Below, in pieces: positions 26,967 through 37,365 of a DNA stretch of 64,000 bases. The stretch covers positions 1,552-65,551 of the forward strand of contig CAUZIB010000014.1 of assembly GCA_963579735.1 (NCBI GenBank), read 5' to 3'. A program made the translations under genes and the position numbers. The notes beneath the pieces were generated by a model. That model searched no databases and was not told where the DNA came from. It saw only the letters and a list, made by a program, of their open reading frames with translations. This DNA is from Vicinamibacteria bacterium (GTDB lineage Bacteria; Acidobacteriota; Vicinamibacteria; Vicinamibacterales; UBA8438). Numbering within the stretch: position 1 is the stretch's first letter; each line of letters starts with the position of its first letter.

Positions 26967-27066
26967 GCTGACCTCATTTCGCGAATGCGATGCGCTGCTG
27001 ACTCAGGTCCCCGGCCTCCTGCCCTGCGTCTTCCTAATTTGCTGTGACGCGTGAACAGCGGGTCGC

Positions 27067-27618
27067 TCAGTCCCGCTTTCCCACGATCCCACCGACGACC
27101 GCCCCCACGCTCACGCCCCAGACCACTTGGTTCGCGGTCCACGCCCACGCGACCGCGTATGGAAAATCGACAATCACCAGGTTCAGGAAGATGTGGGTCG
27201 GAAAGCCTACGAGTAGTCCGGCATAGAGACCAAAGGTGGCCCCGCCCCGCACGCCCGCCGGAAAACTCGGTCGAACGCGGTCATAGACCCAGACAAATAC
27301 GGCGGCGGCGACAAAATCGGTAACGACAAGCAACCCCGGAGACCCGTCACTCCGAAAGACCTCGGGCAGGCGTGCATAGTACTCGGTCCCGAGCCAATAC
27401 CCGTGGACGGCCAAGTCCAGCGCGTTCGCCACCACTCCGCCCGCCAGCACCGCCAGGACGAGTTGGTTGCGCGTGAGCGATTCGGGCCGCCAGCCCAGGT
27501 CCGCGTGCCACGGTGGTGGCGAAGAGTCATCGCCGGACACCCGCTGTCTCGACCGAAGAAAGATCGGACCAAAGACGATAACCGCGATGACGAGAATAAC
27601 AAGGAGCTCACCCATCAT
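27067..27618 (-). CDS. Integral membrane protein (DUF1761-like)
   Basis: 183 aa with about 5 hydrophobic helices. ATGA overlap with the upstream gene's stop. Confidence 0.5.
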   Translation of the reverse strand: MMGELLVILVIAVIVFGPIFLRSRQRVSGDDSSPPPWHADLGWRPESLTRNQLVLAVLAGGVVANALDLAVHGYWLGTEYYARLPEVFRSDGSPGLLVVTDFVAAAVFVWVYDRVRPSFPAGVRGGATFGLYAGLLVGFPTHIFLNLVIVDFPYAVAWAWTANQVVWGVSVGAVVGGIVGKRD

Positions 27619-28190
27619 GGTCGACTGGTATTCTCGTGTAGGTCGCTCAGTTCCTTACTCACCCGAACAAACTGTTCATAGCGCTCCTGGTAGCGCAGGA
27701 GTTTTTCTTGTTCGATTTCGGCGAGTCTCCCTCTCAGCCGCTGGGCGTCGGCTTGCGTCCCGACGGACAGATTGTGATCGATCTCGCTCGCGCGCCCCTT
27801 GTACTCTGCGTCGTGCTCGCGTTCCCAGGTGAGCCACTCGGACGTCCATCGGGCGCGCACACCCTCGACGAGCCCGGCCGGAAACGGGAACCTGTCTCCA
27901 ATAGCGGCGTCGAGTGACACGAACGCGTGAGGGAATAGCCCGCGGGCCGCGTTTGCCAACTTTGCCCACGAGACCAGCTCCGGCGGCACCTTCTGGACAC
28001 GCGGGATGGCGGCGCCAAAGATCTCGAGCACACGGAGTTGCACATGCTCGCGATGACGCCGCCGGCCGTCTCGGAGCACGAGAAAGACGCTGGCAGCGAG
28101 CGCCGCGATCGTGCTCGTCGTGGCGCCAATCATGACCAGTAGGTATCCGTCCATCAATGACGTCGGGTGCTCCAGGACGAGTGCATGCAA
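27615..28190 (-). CDS. Hypothetical membrane-anchored protein
   Basis: One N-terminal TM (LLVMIGATTSTIAALAASVFLVL) followed by a charged helical region. Translationally coupled to 27067-27618. Confidence 0.45.
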   Translation of the reverse strand: MHALVLEHPTSLMDGYLLVMIGATTSTIAALAASVFLVLRDGRRRHREHVQLRVLEIFGAAIPRVQKVPPELVSWAKLANAARGLFPHAFVSLDAAIGDRFPFPAGLVEGVRARWTSEWLTWEREHDAEYKGRASEIDHNLSVGTQADAQRLRGRLAEIEQEKLLRYQERYEQFVRVSKELSDLHENTSRP

Positions 28191-28196
28191 GCGAGC

Positions 28197-28778
28197 TTAA
28201 TACCGCAAGGCTGCAAAGACGTGCTCACCGTCCAGCTTGGCGCGCCCTTGGAGCGCCTCGAGCTCAATGAGAAAGGCCAGACCCGCCACCACGCCCCCAC
28301 TCTTCTTCACGAGAGTGGTCGTTGCTCGCGCCGTACCTCCGGTCGCGAGCAAATCGTCCACGATCAGTACCCGTTGCCCCGACCCGACGGCGTCTTCGTG
28401 GATTTCGAGGGTATCGACGCCGTATTCGAGCTGGTATGAGGCGCTCACGGTGTTCGATGGAAGTTTTCCGGGTTTGCGGACCGGAACAAACCCGACCCCC
28501 AACCGATCCGCCACGGCGGCGCCGAAAATGAAGCCCCGGCTCTCGATCCCGACAACGATGTCGAGACGTGAGTCGGCGTACGGCGCCGCGACACAATCAA
28601 CGGCCTGGCGGAACCCGGCGGCGTCGCGCAGCAAGGTCGTGATGTCGTAAAACAGGATACCAGGCTTGGGATAGTCGGGGACATGGCGGATCAAGTTCTT
28701 CAAGCCGTCTATCTCGCGAATTGGCTCCGGTCCGGCTTCAGGCATTCGTTCTCCGTGATTCCCCGGGCTACTGGTCAT
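28197..28778 (-). CDS. apt: Adenine phosphoribosyltransferase
   Basis: [16 protein letters not shown] and the PRPP loop [18 protein letters not shown] overlap with the acyP stop. Confidence 0.9.
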   Translation of the reverse strand: MTSSPGNHGERMPEAGPEPIREIDGLKNLIRHVPDYPKPGILFYDITTLLRDAAGFRQAVDCVAAPYADSRLDIVVGIESRGFIFGAAVADRLGVGFVPVRKPGKLPSNTVSASYQLEYGVDTLEIHEDAVGSGQRVLIVDDLLATGGTARATTTLVKKSGGVVAGLAFLIELEALQGRAKLDGEHVFAALRY

Positions 28779-29047
28779 CGAATACGAAATCCATGAACAG
28801 ATAGATCCGGGACAGTCTCTTCTACGACGACGTCATCGACGCGGGCCAGCGGCGGGCCAGTGCGCATGGACCGTTCGAACCGTGTGAGCGCTTCAGCCTC
28901 ACCGGTGGCGACCACCTCCACTCGCCCGTCCTCAAGGTTTCTGACGTGACCGTCCAGTCGTTCACGCTGACCCGTGTCCTCGGCAAAGACCCGAAACCCG
29001 ACCTGCTGAACTCGTCCCGTCATCACGAAACGTCGCGACAGAATCAT
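28775..29047 (-). CDS. acyP: Acylphosphatase
   Basis: 90 aa. [14 protein letters not shown]...[18 protein letters not shown]. Confidence 0.85.
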   Translation of the reverse strand: MILSRRFVMTGRVQQVGFRVFAEDTGQRERLDGHVRNLEDGRVEVVATGEAEALTRFERSMRTGPPLARVDDVVVEETVPDLSVHGFRIR

Positions 29048-29204
29048 CTGGAATCGATAGTCGACAGGGATTGTCCCAAAAATTACCGTGGCCGGTGGAT
29101 TATAGCGGACCGCTGATCGGGTCCGGGCTGTGGTACGCTGGCCTCCTCATTTCTTATTGCCCAGCACGGTTGTTTTCGAGAAGTTTCAGTACGGAGGGAA
29201 ACAG

Positions 29205-30779
29205 ATGCACACGATGACTCGAGTTGGTGTCGCGGTTCTGGTCACCTTGAGCCTTGCGATACCCGCTGCGGCGCAGCTGGACTCCTTCGACTCGGTGGGC
29301 TCTCTGGATTTCCCGACCTCGACTGAGTCCGAACGCGCCCAACAACATTTCTTAAGAGGCGTCGCCATACTCCACAGTTTCGGATGGAAACAGGCGATCG
29401 AGCAATTCCACGCCGCGCAGGTGCTCGATTCGGATTTCGCGATGGCGTATTGGGCCGAGACGCTGTCTTATAACCACCCGCTTTTTGGCGGTCCCACCCC
29501 GGATGAAGACAACCCGCGTGCGGTTCTCGAGCGACTTGGTCCCACACGCGAGGCGCGTGTGGCCAAAGCGCCGACCGATCGCGAAAAAGGGTTCCTGAAC
29601 GCCGTGGAAGTACTCTGGGCAGAGAGCGGAACCTATGACGAACGCCGCGTCGCCTACATGGACGCTATGGCCGACTTGTATGAACAGTTTCCCGACGATC
29701 ACGAGGTCGCGACGTTCTACGCGATTTCGACATTGAGCGCCGCCCGCGCCTTGGGCGACAACTCCGGGAGACTTGAGATCCGGGCAGGCACCATTGCCCT
29801 CAAAGCGTTCAACGAAAACCCGAACCATCCCGGTGCGCCGCACTACGCGATCCACTCTTTTGATGATCCGGTCCACGCGCCTCTCGCTTTGGCGTCGGCC
29901 CTGAAATACGCCGAAATCGCTCCCTCGGTCGCTCATGCGCGTCATATGCCCACCCACATCTTTATTCAGCACGGAATGTGGGAGCTGGTGTCCGACCACA
30001 ATCAGCGGGCCTTTGAGGCCGCTCAAGCGTTGTGGCAACCTGGTGACAGCGTCGGCGACTCCGTCCACCCATTGGATTGGGGACAATACGGCGACCTCCA
30101 GCTCGGCGATTACGAAAGGGCCCGCACGTGGATAGAGCGACTGGACACTATCAACGAAGAGAGTGACGGCCAACAACGCGCCGTCAGTTCTATCCCTCTC
30201 CTGAAGGCCCGCTATGTCGTCGAGACCGAGAACTGGGAAACCGCGCCGGTAACCGAGGACTCCTCTGTGCATGAGCTCCTCGCCACCGCGTTGAGCGCGG
30301 TGCGCCTCCGCGACCTGACCGCGGCCAAGGAAGCCGAGGCCGAGCTCGCCCGACGCGCCGAGGGCGATGACAGTAACGCCAGCACGAAGATCTCTCACAA
30401 AGAGGTGGAGGCTCTGGTGCATCTGGCAGAGCGGCGTGGCGATGACGCCATCGCGGCGATGGACGAAGCACTAGAAATCGTGGCGACCCAGCGTCTGCCG
30501 AACGGCGCCGCAAACCCCGTCAAGCCGCCCTATGAGCTGTATGGCGAGATCCTTTTGGAGCTCAATCGTGCGGATGAGGCGGGCGAGAAGTTCGCGATGT
30601 CGCTCCAGCGGATGCCGGGTCGCGTCCGGTCGCTTCTTGGCGCGGCTCGGGCGGCGGCCAAGAGCGGTGACCGGGAAGCGGCCAGCGCGCATTACGCGAC
30701 CCTGCTGAGCTTCTGGAGAGGTCCCACCGACGCGCCAGACATCGAAGAAGCGCGGCGCTTTACGTCTCAGAACCAATAA
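29205..30779 (+). CDS. Secreted helical-repeat (TPR-like) protein
   Basis: Start at ATG 29205 (GGAGGG upstream) gives the signal MHTMTRVGVAVLVTLSLAIPAAAQ. The remainder is helical-repeat rich. No family recognised. Confidence 0.6.
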   Translation: MHTMTRVGVAVLVTLSLAIPAAAQLDSFDSVGSLDFPTSTESERAQQHFLRGVAILHSFGWKQAIEQFHAAQVLDSDFAMAYWAETLSYNHPLFGGPTPDEDNPRAVLERLGPTREARVAKAPTDREKGFLNAVEVLWAESGTYDERRVAYMDAMADLYEQFPDDHEVATFYAISTLSAARALGDNSGRLEIRAGTIALKAFNENPNHPGAPHYAIHSFDDPVHAPLALASALKYAEIAPSVAHARHMPTHIFIQHGMWELVSDHNQRAFEAAQALWQPGDSVGDSVHPLDWGQYGDLQLGDYERARTWIERLDTINEESDGQQRAVSSIPLLKARYVVETENWETAPVTEDSSVHELLATALSAVRLRDLTAAKEAEAELARRAEGDDSNASTKISHKEVEALVHLAERRGDDAIAAMDEALEIVATQRLPNGAANPVKPPYELYGEILLELNRADEAGEKFAMSLQRMPGRVRSLLGAARAAAKSGDREAASAHYATLLSFWRGPTDAPDIEEARRFTSQNQ

Positions 30780-30804
30780 ACAGTGAGATAGCTCCTCGTC
30801 GAAA

Positions 30805-30830
30805 GCTGTGGGCGAGCGCCCGCCCACAGC
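30805..30830. terminator. GC-rich hairpin between convergent genes
   Basis: GCTGTGGGCG-agcgcc-CGCCCACAGC: perfect 10-bp stem, 6-nt loop, 26 nt after the stop at 30779. No T-tract. Confidence 0.5.
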
Positions 30831-30885
30831 GCCTTACCTAGCCCTACCCGTTGGTCCTCTCGCTTGACGGTGGTCGCCACTGCCC

Positions 30886-31674
30886 TCAGCGGCGGACGGA
30901 CAGAGCGCCGTACCAGGTGCTCCTCCCGCGGGACACGATCGGTATGCCGAGTTTCCTCAAGAGTCGCCCGGGGCAGCGATCCTTGACCACGACACGTTTT
31001 TTTGCGATCCGTTGTGCTTCGTCTACGTCCTCACGGGAGGGTGCGCCTGCCACGGCGAGCGTCCGGACCAGATCGATGCCCTGTGCGTGGTCGAGTGTCG
31101 TCTCGAACATGGGGTCGAAATAGACAATGTCGCGCGACGACGGTTGAAGCGAACGCAACAGTGACGCATAGTCTCCGGGTATCATCGTCACTCGTCGCAT
31201 CGCGCGCGCGAGAGCGCCGGAGCCCTTGTTGTACCTCGCGAAACCCGCGCTGACGATATCTGCCAAGAGGGTGGATGCTTCTACGGCTTCCACCTGTCCC
31301 GCCGGTCCCACGACATGGGACGCGACGATGGCGTCGGCGCCAAGACCGCACGTGCAGTCCAGCAGGTGGTCGCCGGGCACGAGTCCTGACGCTGCGACAA
31401 ACCTATCGGTTTGACCGGTTTCGAGATTGGCCACCCGGCGGCTCGCCATGTTCGGGTGAAACTTGTAGTTGCGTCCGTTCCGGACGATCCAAAGTCCGCT
31501 CTCGCCGACAATAAGGGCCGCGCCTCGCGCATTGAGACGCGCAAGGCGCTCGATGCTCTCGTGCCTGCGATTGGCCAAGGGAGCGTTCAGCCGTGCAGCC
31601 AGAGTTTCTGCCCATCTGCGCACCCGGTCGGACGGTGCGCGTTCGGTCGTCACGAAGATGTCGTGGGGCGTCAT
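30886..31674 (-). CDS. RsmJ-like class I SAM-dependent methyltransferase
   Basis: LLDCTCGLGADAIV, IVYFDPMFE and AKKRVVVKDR parallel the E. coli RsmJ motifs (ATAGLGRDAFV, VVYLDPMFPH, ATKRVVVKRP) as I remember them. Confidence 0.7.
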   Translation of the reverse strand: MTPHDIFVTTERAPSDRVRRWAETLAARLNAPLANRRHESIERLARLNARGAALIVGESGLWIVRNGRNYKFHPNMASRRVANLETGQTDRFVAASGLVPGDHLLDCTCGLGADAIVASHVVGPAGQVEAVEASTLLADIVSAGFARYNKGSGALARAMRRVTMIPGDYASLLRSLQPSSRDIVYFDPMFETTLDHAQGIDLVRTLAVAGAPSREDVDEAQRIAKKRVVVKDRCPGRLLRKLGIPIVSRGRSTWYGALSVRR

Positions 31675-31848
31675 GTTGGTGAGAGCGACGATGCGCTTAT
31701 ACGGACGTCGATGGCACCAGCCGGTCTCACACTGTCAGCGTCTCCCACCGGGCGCACCGGTCCCTCTCGCGACAAGTAGTGGCTCGACGACGAAAGCCCG
31801 CCGTCAGGCCCCTCGTTGCAGGATGTAAACGAAAAGGAGGGTGAGAAG

Positions 31849-31925
<77 letters not shown>

Positions 31926-31988
31926 ACAGCTGCCTATTCTACCTTACGGCGACGGGTCTGGTTGGATAACGGCTGCGGTCCACGGCAA

Positions 31989-32783
31989 TCAGCCTCCGCC
32001 CGTTGTCGGAGACACGCCACTTTCGGTCTCGGCGGCGGTGATTCCGTAGGCGCGTGCCCATCTCAACCCGTCGCGCGTCCGCGCTCGGGGCGTGTACTCG
32101 CAACCGACCCACCCGTCAAAAGCCAGATCGTCGATGAGGTCGAACAGATACGGATAGTTAATCTCCTGCCTGTGATCTGGTTCGTGACGGCCCGGGACGC
32201 CACCGACCTGAAAATGGCTAATGATGTCGATGTGCGCCCTCACGGTTTCCGCGAGATGCCCTTCCATGATCTGCATGTGATAGAAGTCGTACTGGAGAAA
32301 GACATTGTCCTCCCCCACTCGGTCGATGATACGGCGCGCTTGGCGGCTTCCCGTAAGAAAGTAACCAGGGTTGTCACGAGTGTTGAGAGGCTCGAGCAGT
32401 AGACGAATTCCGTGCGAACGTGCTTGACAAGACGCCCACCGAAGGTTGGACACGAACGTCGTCTCAGCCTCGGCAGCGCTCGTTCGTCCAGCCAGGCAAT
32501 GCAGCTGCTGGCACCCTGCCTCGTTCGCGTAGGCGAGCGCCAACATCATACCGTCCCTGAATGCGTCTTCCTGGCCGGGAATGGCTCCGAGCGCGGATGG
32601 AAGGTTGAACAACGTCGGTACGAGGTTGTGACGACGCAGACCGTCAGCGATGTCTTCTTTCGAGACGCCATACGGGCCCTGTATCTCTACCCCGTTGAAT
32701 CCGACCATCGCTGCCTGCGAAAAACGGTCCAGCAAGTCGACTTCCGTGAACATCATCGCCACGCTGGCGGCGAGCCTTGGCAT
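31989..32783 (-). CDS. Hydroxypyruvate isomerase family (xylose isomerase-like TIM barrel) protein
   Basis: MPRLAASVAMMFTEVDLLDRF...GFNGVEIQ. Start placed at ATG 32783. Confidence 0.75.
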   Translation of the reverse strand: MPRLAASVAMMFTEVDLLDRFSQAAMVGFNGVEIQGPYGVSKEDIADGLRRHNLVPTLFNLPSALGAIPGQEDAFRDGMMLALAYANEAGCQQLHCLAGRTSAAEAETTFVSNLRWASCQARSHGIRLLLEPLNTRDNPGYFLTGSRQARRIIDRVGEDNVFLQYDFYHMQIMEGHLAETVRAHIDIISHFQVGGVPGRHEPDHRQEINYPYLFDLIDDLAFDGWVGCEYTPRARTRDGLRWARAYGITAAETESGVSPTTGGG

Positions 32784-32841
32784 GGGCGGGATCCTACCAT
32801 CTGACTTGAAGGCATACGCACGTGTGACATGATCGCACCTC

Positions 32842-33852
32842 GTGTCGCGACCTTGTCCATTTGATGCGTTGTTGTTGATCAGTTTTGGCGGCCCCAACGC
32901 GGTCGACGAGATCCGGCCGTTTCTCGCGAACGTGCTGCGCGGCCGACGCATTCCGCCGGCCCGAATCGAGGCGGTAGTCCACCACTACGAGCGTTTTGGC
33001 GGCATTTCCCCGTTGACCGAGATCACCATGCGTCAAGCGGAGGGTCTTCGCGCTCGTCTCGCCTCTGCGCCCCTTCCGGTCTATGTGGGCATGCGCAACT
33101 GGCACCCGTTTCTGGACGACACCCTGCAGGAAATGTCAGCGGCCGGCGTGCGTCGCGCCGTGGGTCTGATTCTGGCTGGCCACCACAGCTATTCAAGTTG
33201 CGGGCAATACAAGCAAAATGTGGCGCAGGCACAGGAGACCCTTCGCGCTTCGGGCGGGCGGGATCTCGCGGTCACCTACGTTCCCGGATGGCATACCGCC
33301 GCAGGATTTATCGAGACGAACGCACGTCATATCGAGACCGCCAGGGGCAATCTACCAAAGCATGTGCGCGACGAAGCGCGCCTCGTTTTTACCGCGCATA
33401 GTATTCCGGTCACGATGGCGCAGGCGTCTCGCTACGAAGCCGATCTCAAAGAAAGCGCGGCCGCGATCGCGCAGCGTCTCGGCTGGGCGAATTGGGCGCT
33501 GGTGTTTCAAAGCCGGAGTGGCAGACCGGGTGACCCCTGGTTGGAGCCGGATATCTGCGACTATCTTCGCGCCGAGAGTCAGCACGGACTCGCGGCAGTT
33601 GTCATCAGCCCGATTGGATTCGTGGCCGATCACGTCGAGGTGCTGTACGACCTGGACCATGAGGCGGCCGAGACGTGCGCGACCGTCGGGATTGCAATGC
33701 AACGAGCCGCCTCTGTCAATGACGACTCGATGTTTCTGAATGCGTTGGCAGAGGCAGTGCTCGCCCAATGTGAGCGATACGTCGGCGGTCGGCCGCTGCC
33801 GCTCATCTCGTCGACACCGCCCCGTATCGAGGCCGCCCCCCCGGCGCGCTGA
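32842..33852 (+). CDS. hemH: Ferrochelatase
   Basis: ALLLISFGGP...IRPFLANV, FTAHSIP, ISPIGFVADHVEVLYDLD. Confidence 0.9.
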   Translation: MSRPCPFDALLLISFGGPNAVDEIRPFLANVLRGRRIPPARIEAVVHHYERFGGISPLTEITMRQAEGLRARLASAPLPVYVGMRNWHPFLDDTLQEMSAAGVRRAVGLILAGHHSYSSCGQYKQNVAQAQETLRASGGRDLAVTYVPGWHTAAGFIETNARHIETARGNLPKHVRDEARLVFTAHSIPVTMAQASRYEADLKESAAAIAQRLGWANWALVFQSRSGRPGDPWLEPDICDYLRAESQHGLAAVVISPIGFVADHVEVLYDLDHEAAETCATVGIAMQRAASVNDDSMFLNALAEAVLAQCERYVGGRPLPLISSTPPRIEAAPPAR

Positions 33853-33984
33853 TCGGCGGCCAGGGCGCGACCTGCCGTCGGAGAATGGCTACCTGGCCCA
33901 CTTTGGCCGTCGAATCAACCGAGTCTTGTTCGACTACAGTCGATCGAGTGCGCGATTCAAACGGAGAATCGTCACCACCGGCTG

Positions 33985-34413
33985 CTAGTTGACGGCGGGC
34001 TGGGCACAGTGCTTTTCAAACGCAGCAGTCAGATTCCGCGCGATACTAGGCGCTTCCTGATTTTCGATCTCGTGCCGCTCCATCATGTATAGCAGTTTGC
34101 CATCTCGCAGCAGTGCGACTGACGGGGAGGACGGCGGATAGCCTGTGAAATACCCTCGAGCTCGCTCGGTGGCCTCGGAGTCGACCCCGGCGAAGACCGA
34201 CGTCACGACGTCTGGCTTCACCTCACCCTGCAGCGCGAGCGCGACACCCGGCCGGGCCTTGCCGGCGGCACATCCGCAGATGGAGTTCACGACCACCATG
34301 ACCGTCCCATCTTGCTTTAGGGTCGAATCGACATGCTCGGGGGTGCGCAGTTCGACCACTCCCAGTCGGGTCAGCTCATCGCGCATTGGCGCGGTTAGAA
34401 ACTCTGGATACAA
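33985..34413 (-). CDS. BrxA/BrxB-family bacilliredoxin (DUF1094)
   Basis: VVVNSICGCAAGKARPG (CGC active site), VFAGVD, PPSSPSVALL and HEIE align well with Bacillus YphP/YqiW from memory. TTG start 34413 with AAGGAGAG upstream. Confidence 0.8.
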   Translation of the reverse strand: MYPEFLTAPMRDELTRLGVVELRTPEHVDSTLKQDGTVMVVVNSICGCAAGKARPGVALALQGEVKPDVVTSVFAGVDSEATERARGYFTGYPPSSPSVALLRDGKLLYMMERHEIENQEAPSIARNLTAAFEKHCAQPAVN

Positions 34414-34473
34414 GACCCTCTCCTTTTGAAAAACAATCTGAAGAGCCAAGAGTAACACACCGCCGCGTGTTCG

Positions 34474-35946
34474 CTACAGCGCTTGCGCCTCGTCGACGTT
34501 CGACCCGGCAGAGGCGAGTCGGTTGTTGAATATGAGGAGAAGTCCGATAGCGACCCCCCATTGCAGAAGACACGTGCCAAGACTGAAGACCCGCGCCGGG
34601 TTCCACCAGGCCTCGGGGTCGTAGACCGTGACTGCCTGAAAGACCCACCAACCGAATACAGCCACGAACTGGACGGGGACGAGATAGACAAGAAGGTAGC
34701 AAAAGACGGTTGCGACGCGGGTTGGTTTGGCTGTCTCAGTCGTCACGGTTAGTTCGTTCCGGAACCGCTCGACACCGAACGCCGCGACCCCTAACGCGAC
34801 AAACAGGCCACTGATCATGAGGGCAAGTCCCCAGACCCAGTCTTGGTTGTCAAAGATGCTCGTGCTGATGGCCGATGGCAGTCCGCCTACACACGTCGCC
34901 GTGCCGACGACACGGACGGCAAGACGTCTCGACAGTCCTTTATCCATCAGTACACGCGTCGCTAGTTCAATCATCGCGATCAAGGACGAGAGCGCCGCAC
35001 AAAATAGCGCGAGAAAGAAGAGCGGGAGGAACAGCGCTCCGAACGGAACCCGCCCGAACAACTGAGGAATCCATACGAAGGTCAGCCCTTTGTTGCCAGC
35101 GGCCATTGCCTCCATGGCCTGGTCGGGAGACAGAATTGCGAACGCGGTCGGGAGAATCGCCATTGCGGCCAGTAGAGAGGCGACGTTGTTTCCGACCCCG
35201 ATCGCGGTCGCATTCAGGACGATGTTTTCGCCGCGACGAACATAGGCAGCATACGTAAGCATGAGCCCCCAACCCGCCCCGGTCGACCACGCCGACTGCG
35301 TGAGGGCTTCAAGCCAGGTTCGGTAATCGGCAAGCGCTGAAAAATCAGGGTCAAAAAGAAACCGAAGACCACGCCCGGCTCCGTCCAAGGTGACCGCGCG
35401 GCCCACCGCGAGGATCAGAAGCCCGAACAACACAGGGATAAGAACGCGGTTCGCACGTTCGATACCGGCGACGATGCCGCGCGACACGATCACCGCTCCC
35501 ATCGCGACCGCCGCCAAATGAAACAGCACCGGTTGCCAAACGGACTCGCTGTATGTCGCCCAGTGACTCGCGGAGTCCTGGGGAATCCCGGTGGTCAGGC
35601 TCGCGACGAAATACTTCAGCGTCCACCCGGTAACGACCGAGTAGTAAAACATGATCATGATGGTGGTCACCGCAAGGAAACCGCCCATCCAGGCGAACCG
35701 CGGTCCGATCGCACTGGCGAAGGTTCCCACGGGGCCTTTTCTCGCGGCCCGGCCTAACCCAAACTCCCCAATGAGCAACGGGAGTGACCACAGGACGAGG
35801 AAGACCATCCAGGGGATGAGGAACGCTGCGCCACCGTTCTGTGCCGCAATACGTGGGAACCGCCACAAGTTGCCGGTCCCGACCGCCATGCCGAGGCCAG
35901 CGATGATCACCGCCCTCCGAGAAGAGAACATTTCGAGTCGTGGCAC
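34474..35946 (-). CDS. Sodium-dependent transporter, neurotransmitter:sodium symporter (SNF) family
   Basis: GLGMAVGTGNLWRFPRIAAQNGGAAFLIPW. About 12 TM helices. Confidence 0.9.
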   Translation of the reverse strand: MPRLEMFSSRRAVIIAGLGMAVGTGNLWRFPRIAAQNGGAAFLIPWMVFLVLWSLPLLIGEFGLGRAARKGPVGTFASAIGPRFAWMGGFLAVTTIMIMFYYSVVTGWTLKYFVASLTTGIPQDSASHWATYSESVWQPVLFHLAAVAMGAVIVSRGIVAGIERANRVLIPVLFGLLILAVGRAVTLDGAGRGLRFLFDPDFSALADYRTWLEALTQSAWSTGAGWGLMLTYAAYVRRGENIVLNATAIGVGNNVASLLAAMAILPTAFAILSPDQAMEAMAAGNKGLTFVWIPQLFGRVPFGALFLPLFFLALFCAALSSLIAMIELATRVLMDKGLSRRLAVRVVGTATCVGGLPSAISTSIFDNQDWVWGLALMISGLFVALGVAAFGVERFRNELTVTTETAKPTRVATVFCYLLVYLVPVQFVAVFGWWVFQAVTVYDPEAWWNPARVFSLGTCLLQWGVAIGLLLIFNNRLASAGSNVDEAQAL

Positions 35947-35990
35947 TATCTGACACTCCCTAGCACGTGGAGTCTATCAGCCGCGCCAAC

Positions 35991-36020
35991 ATTGATACGT
36001 CGTGTATCAAGTGATATACT
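35991..36020 (+). promoter_or_regulatory. Sigma70-type promoter overlapped by a HAIR-like inverted repeat (candidate HspR operator)
   Basis: TTGATA (35992-35997), 17-nt spacer, TATACT (36015-36020). Perfect inverted repeat TTGATAC-N5-GTATCAA (35992-36010), which also reads ATTGATA-N7-TATCAAG. The HAIR consensus is CTTGAGT-N7-ACTCAAG. Confidence 0.5.
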
Positions 36021-36053
36021 CACATCGACGCAACTTAGTGCACAGACTCACTC

Positions 36054-36401
36054 ATGGCATCAGACATATTCTTTATCAGCACAGCTGCCCGCGAGCTGGG
36101 GATGCACCCCCAAACGCTGCGAAAATACGAGCGTCTTGGTCTTGTCCAACCAACGCGCACGATCGGCAGTATGCGTATGTATTCGGCCGACGAAATTCAG
36201 CGCTTGCGAGCGATCAAGCGCTTGGTCGACGAACTGGGCATCAATCTGGCCGGGGTTCAGCAGCTGCTGTCTGTGGCCGAGATTGTCGACCGAATGCGCC
36301 CCTTGATCGAAGACGATGACGACGACACCCCGCGGGACCCGAAGCACCGGCGGGCGCTGAGACGCGAGATGGGTCGTCTCAGACGAGTGGTCGGATTCTA
36401 G
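36054..36401 (+). CDS. hspR: MerR-family heat-shock repressor HspR
   Basis: ISTAARELGMHPQTLRKYERLGLVQPTRT.GSMRMYSADEIQRLRAIKRLV. First gene of the chaperone operon. Confidence 0.8.
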   Translation: MASDIFFISTAARELGMHPQTLRKYERLGLVQPTRTIGSMRMYSADEIQRLRAIKRLVDELGINLAGVQQLLSVAEIVDRMRPLIEDDDDDTPRDPKHRRALRREMGRLRRVVGF

Positions 36402-36408
36402 AGTCGCT

Positions 36409-37347
36409 ATGAAGTTCAAAGACTACTACCAGATACTCGGCGTCGACAAAAGGGCCGATGCACAGGAGATCAAGAAGGCCTACCGCCGGCTTGCTCGCCG
36501 GCATCATCCTGACGTGAACCCGGGCAACGCCGAGGCAGAAGCGACGTTCAAGAATCTCAATGAGGCGCATGAGGTGTTGGGCGACCCCAAAAAGCGCCCA
36601 AAGTACGACAGGCTGGGTGCCAACTGGCGTCAATACGAGAACACCAGCGGTCCGGCCGCGGACCCGTTCGGGGGGGGTGGTCGTTGGTCTGTTAACGTTG
36701 ACGGCGGCCATCGCAGTGGGCGCCCGATCTCGTCTGATGATCTACATGGTGTCTTTGAGAACGAAGGATTCTCCGACTTTTTCCGAACGTTTTTTGAAGG
36801 CCAGACGGCGGCCGCGGCCCCGGACCGCGGGCAAGACCTCGAATACACGCTCGAGCTATCGCTCGAGGATGCGTTCCAAGGTGTCACACGTCGGATTACG
36901 TTACCGGACGATACTTCCCGGACCGTCGAGGTCAAGATCCCGGCTGGTGTCAAAACCGGCTCTCGGGTCCGCGTCACGGGCGAAGGAGTCCGAGGCGACC
37001 ACGGGAGTTCATCAGGCGATCTCTACCTGCGCATCCGTTTGCAGCGGCATCCGATTTTCAACATCAAGGACCGCAACCTCTATGTGACGGTCGAGGTCCC
37101 CGTGACCACGGCCGCTCTTGGCGGTGAAGTGGATGTGCCGACTCCGGACGCGTCCAGCCTGCGTCTCAAGATCCCGGGCGGCACTCAGCCGGCCCAGATG
37201 TTCCGCCTCCGCGGCAAGGGTATGCCCGGTCTGCGGCCGCATATCGCGCGCGGCGACCTGTATGCCACCGCCCGGGTCACGATCCCTCATCCACTCAGCG
37301 CTGAGGCGCGCGCGCTCTATGAGGCGCTCGCGACGCTGTCAGGCTAG
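36409..37347 (+). CDS. cbpA: DnaJ-class co-chaperone without zinc finger (CbpA-like)
   Basis: J domain KDYYQILGV...AYRRLARRHHPDVN. G-rich linker. C-terminal DnaJ_C repeats. No CxxCxGxG. Confidence 0.85.
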   Translation: MKFKDYYQILGVDKRADAQEIKKAYRRLARRHHPDVNPGNAEAEATFKNLNEAHEVLGDPKKRPKYDRLGANWRQYENTSGPAADPFGGGGRWSVNVDGGHRSGRPISSDDLHGVFENEGFSDFFRTFFEGQTAAAAPDRGQDLEYTLELSLEDAFQGVTRRITLPDDTSRTVEVKIPAGVKTGSRVRVTGEGVRGDHGSSSGDLYLRIRLQRHPIFNIKDRNLYVTVEVPVTTAALGGEVDVPTPDASSLRLKIPGGTQPAQMFRLRGKGMPGLRPHIARGDLYATARVTIPHPLSAEARALYEALATLSG

Positions 37348-37365
37348 TTTCACTAGGGGTCGACT

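Noticed and set aside
27538-27618. TatA-like N-terminus (MMGELLVILVIAVIVFGP) of the 183-aa membrane protein
   Set aside because: It lacks the FG-x-KKLP hinge and the amphipathic helix of TatA, and the rest is a multi-TM protein. The resemblance is probably just a hydrophobic helix.
29352-30422. 356-aa minus-strand ORF inside the 29205-30779 gene
   Set aside because: It is antisense to a gene with an RBS and a signal peptide, and its composition is low-complexity. It is a shadow ORF.
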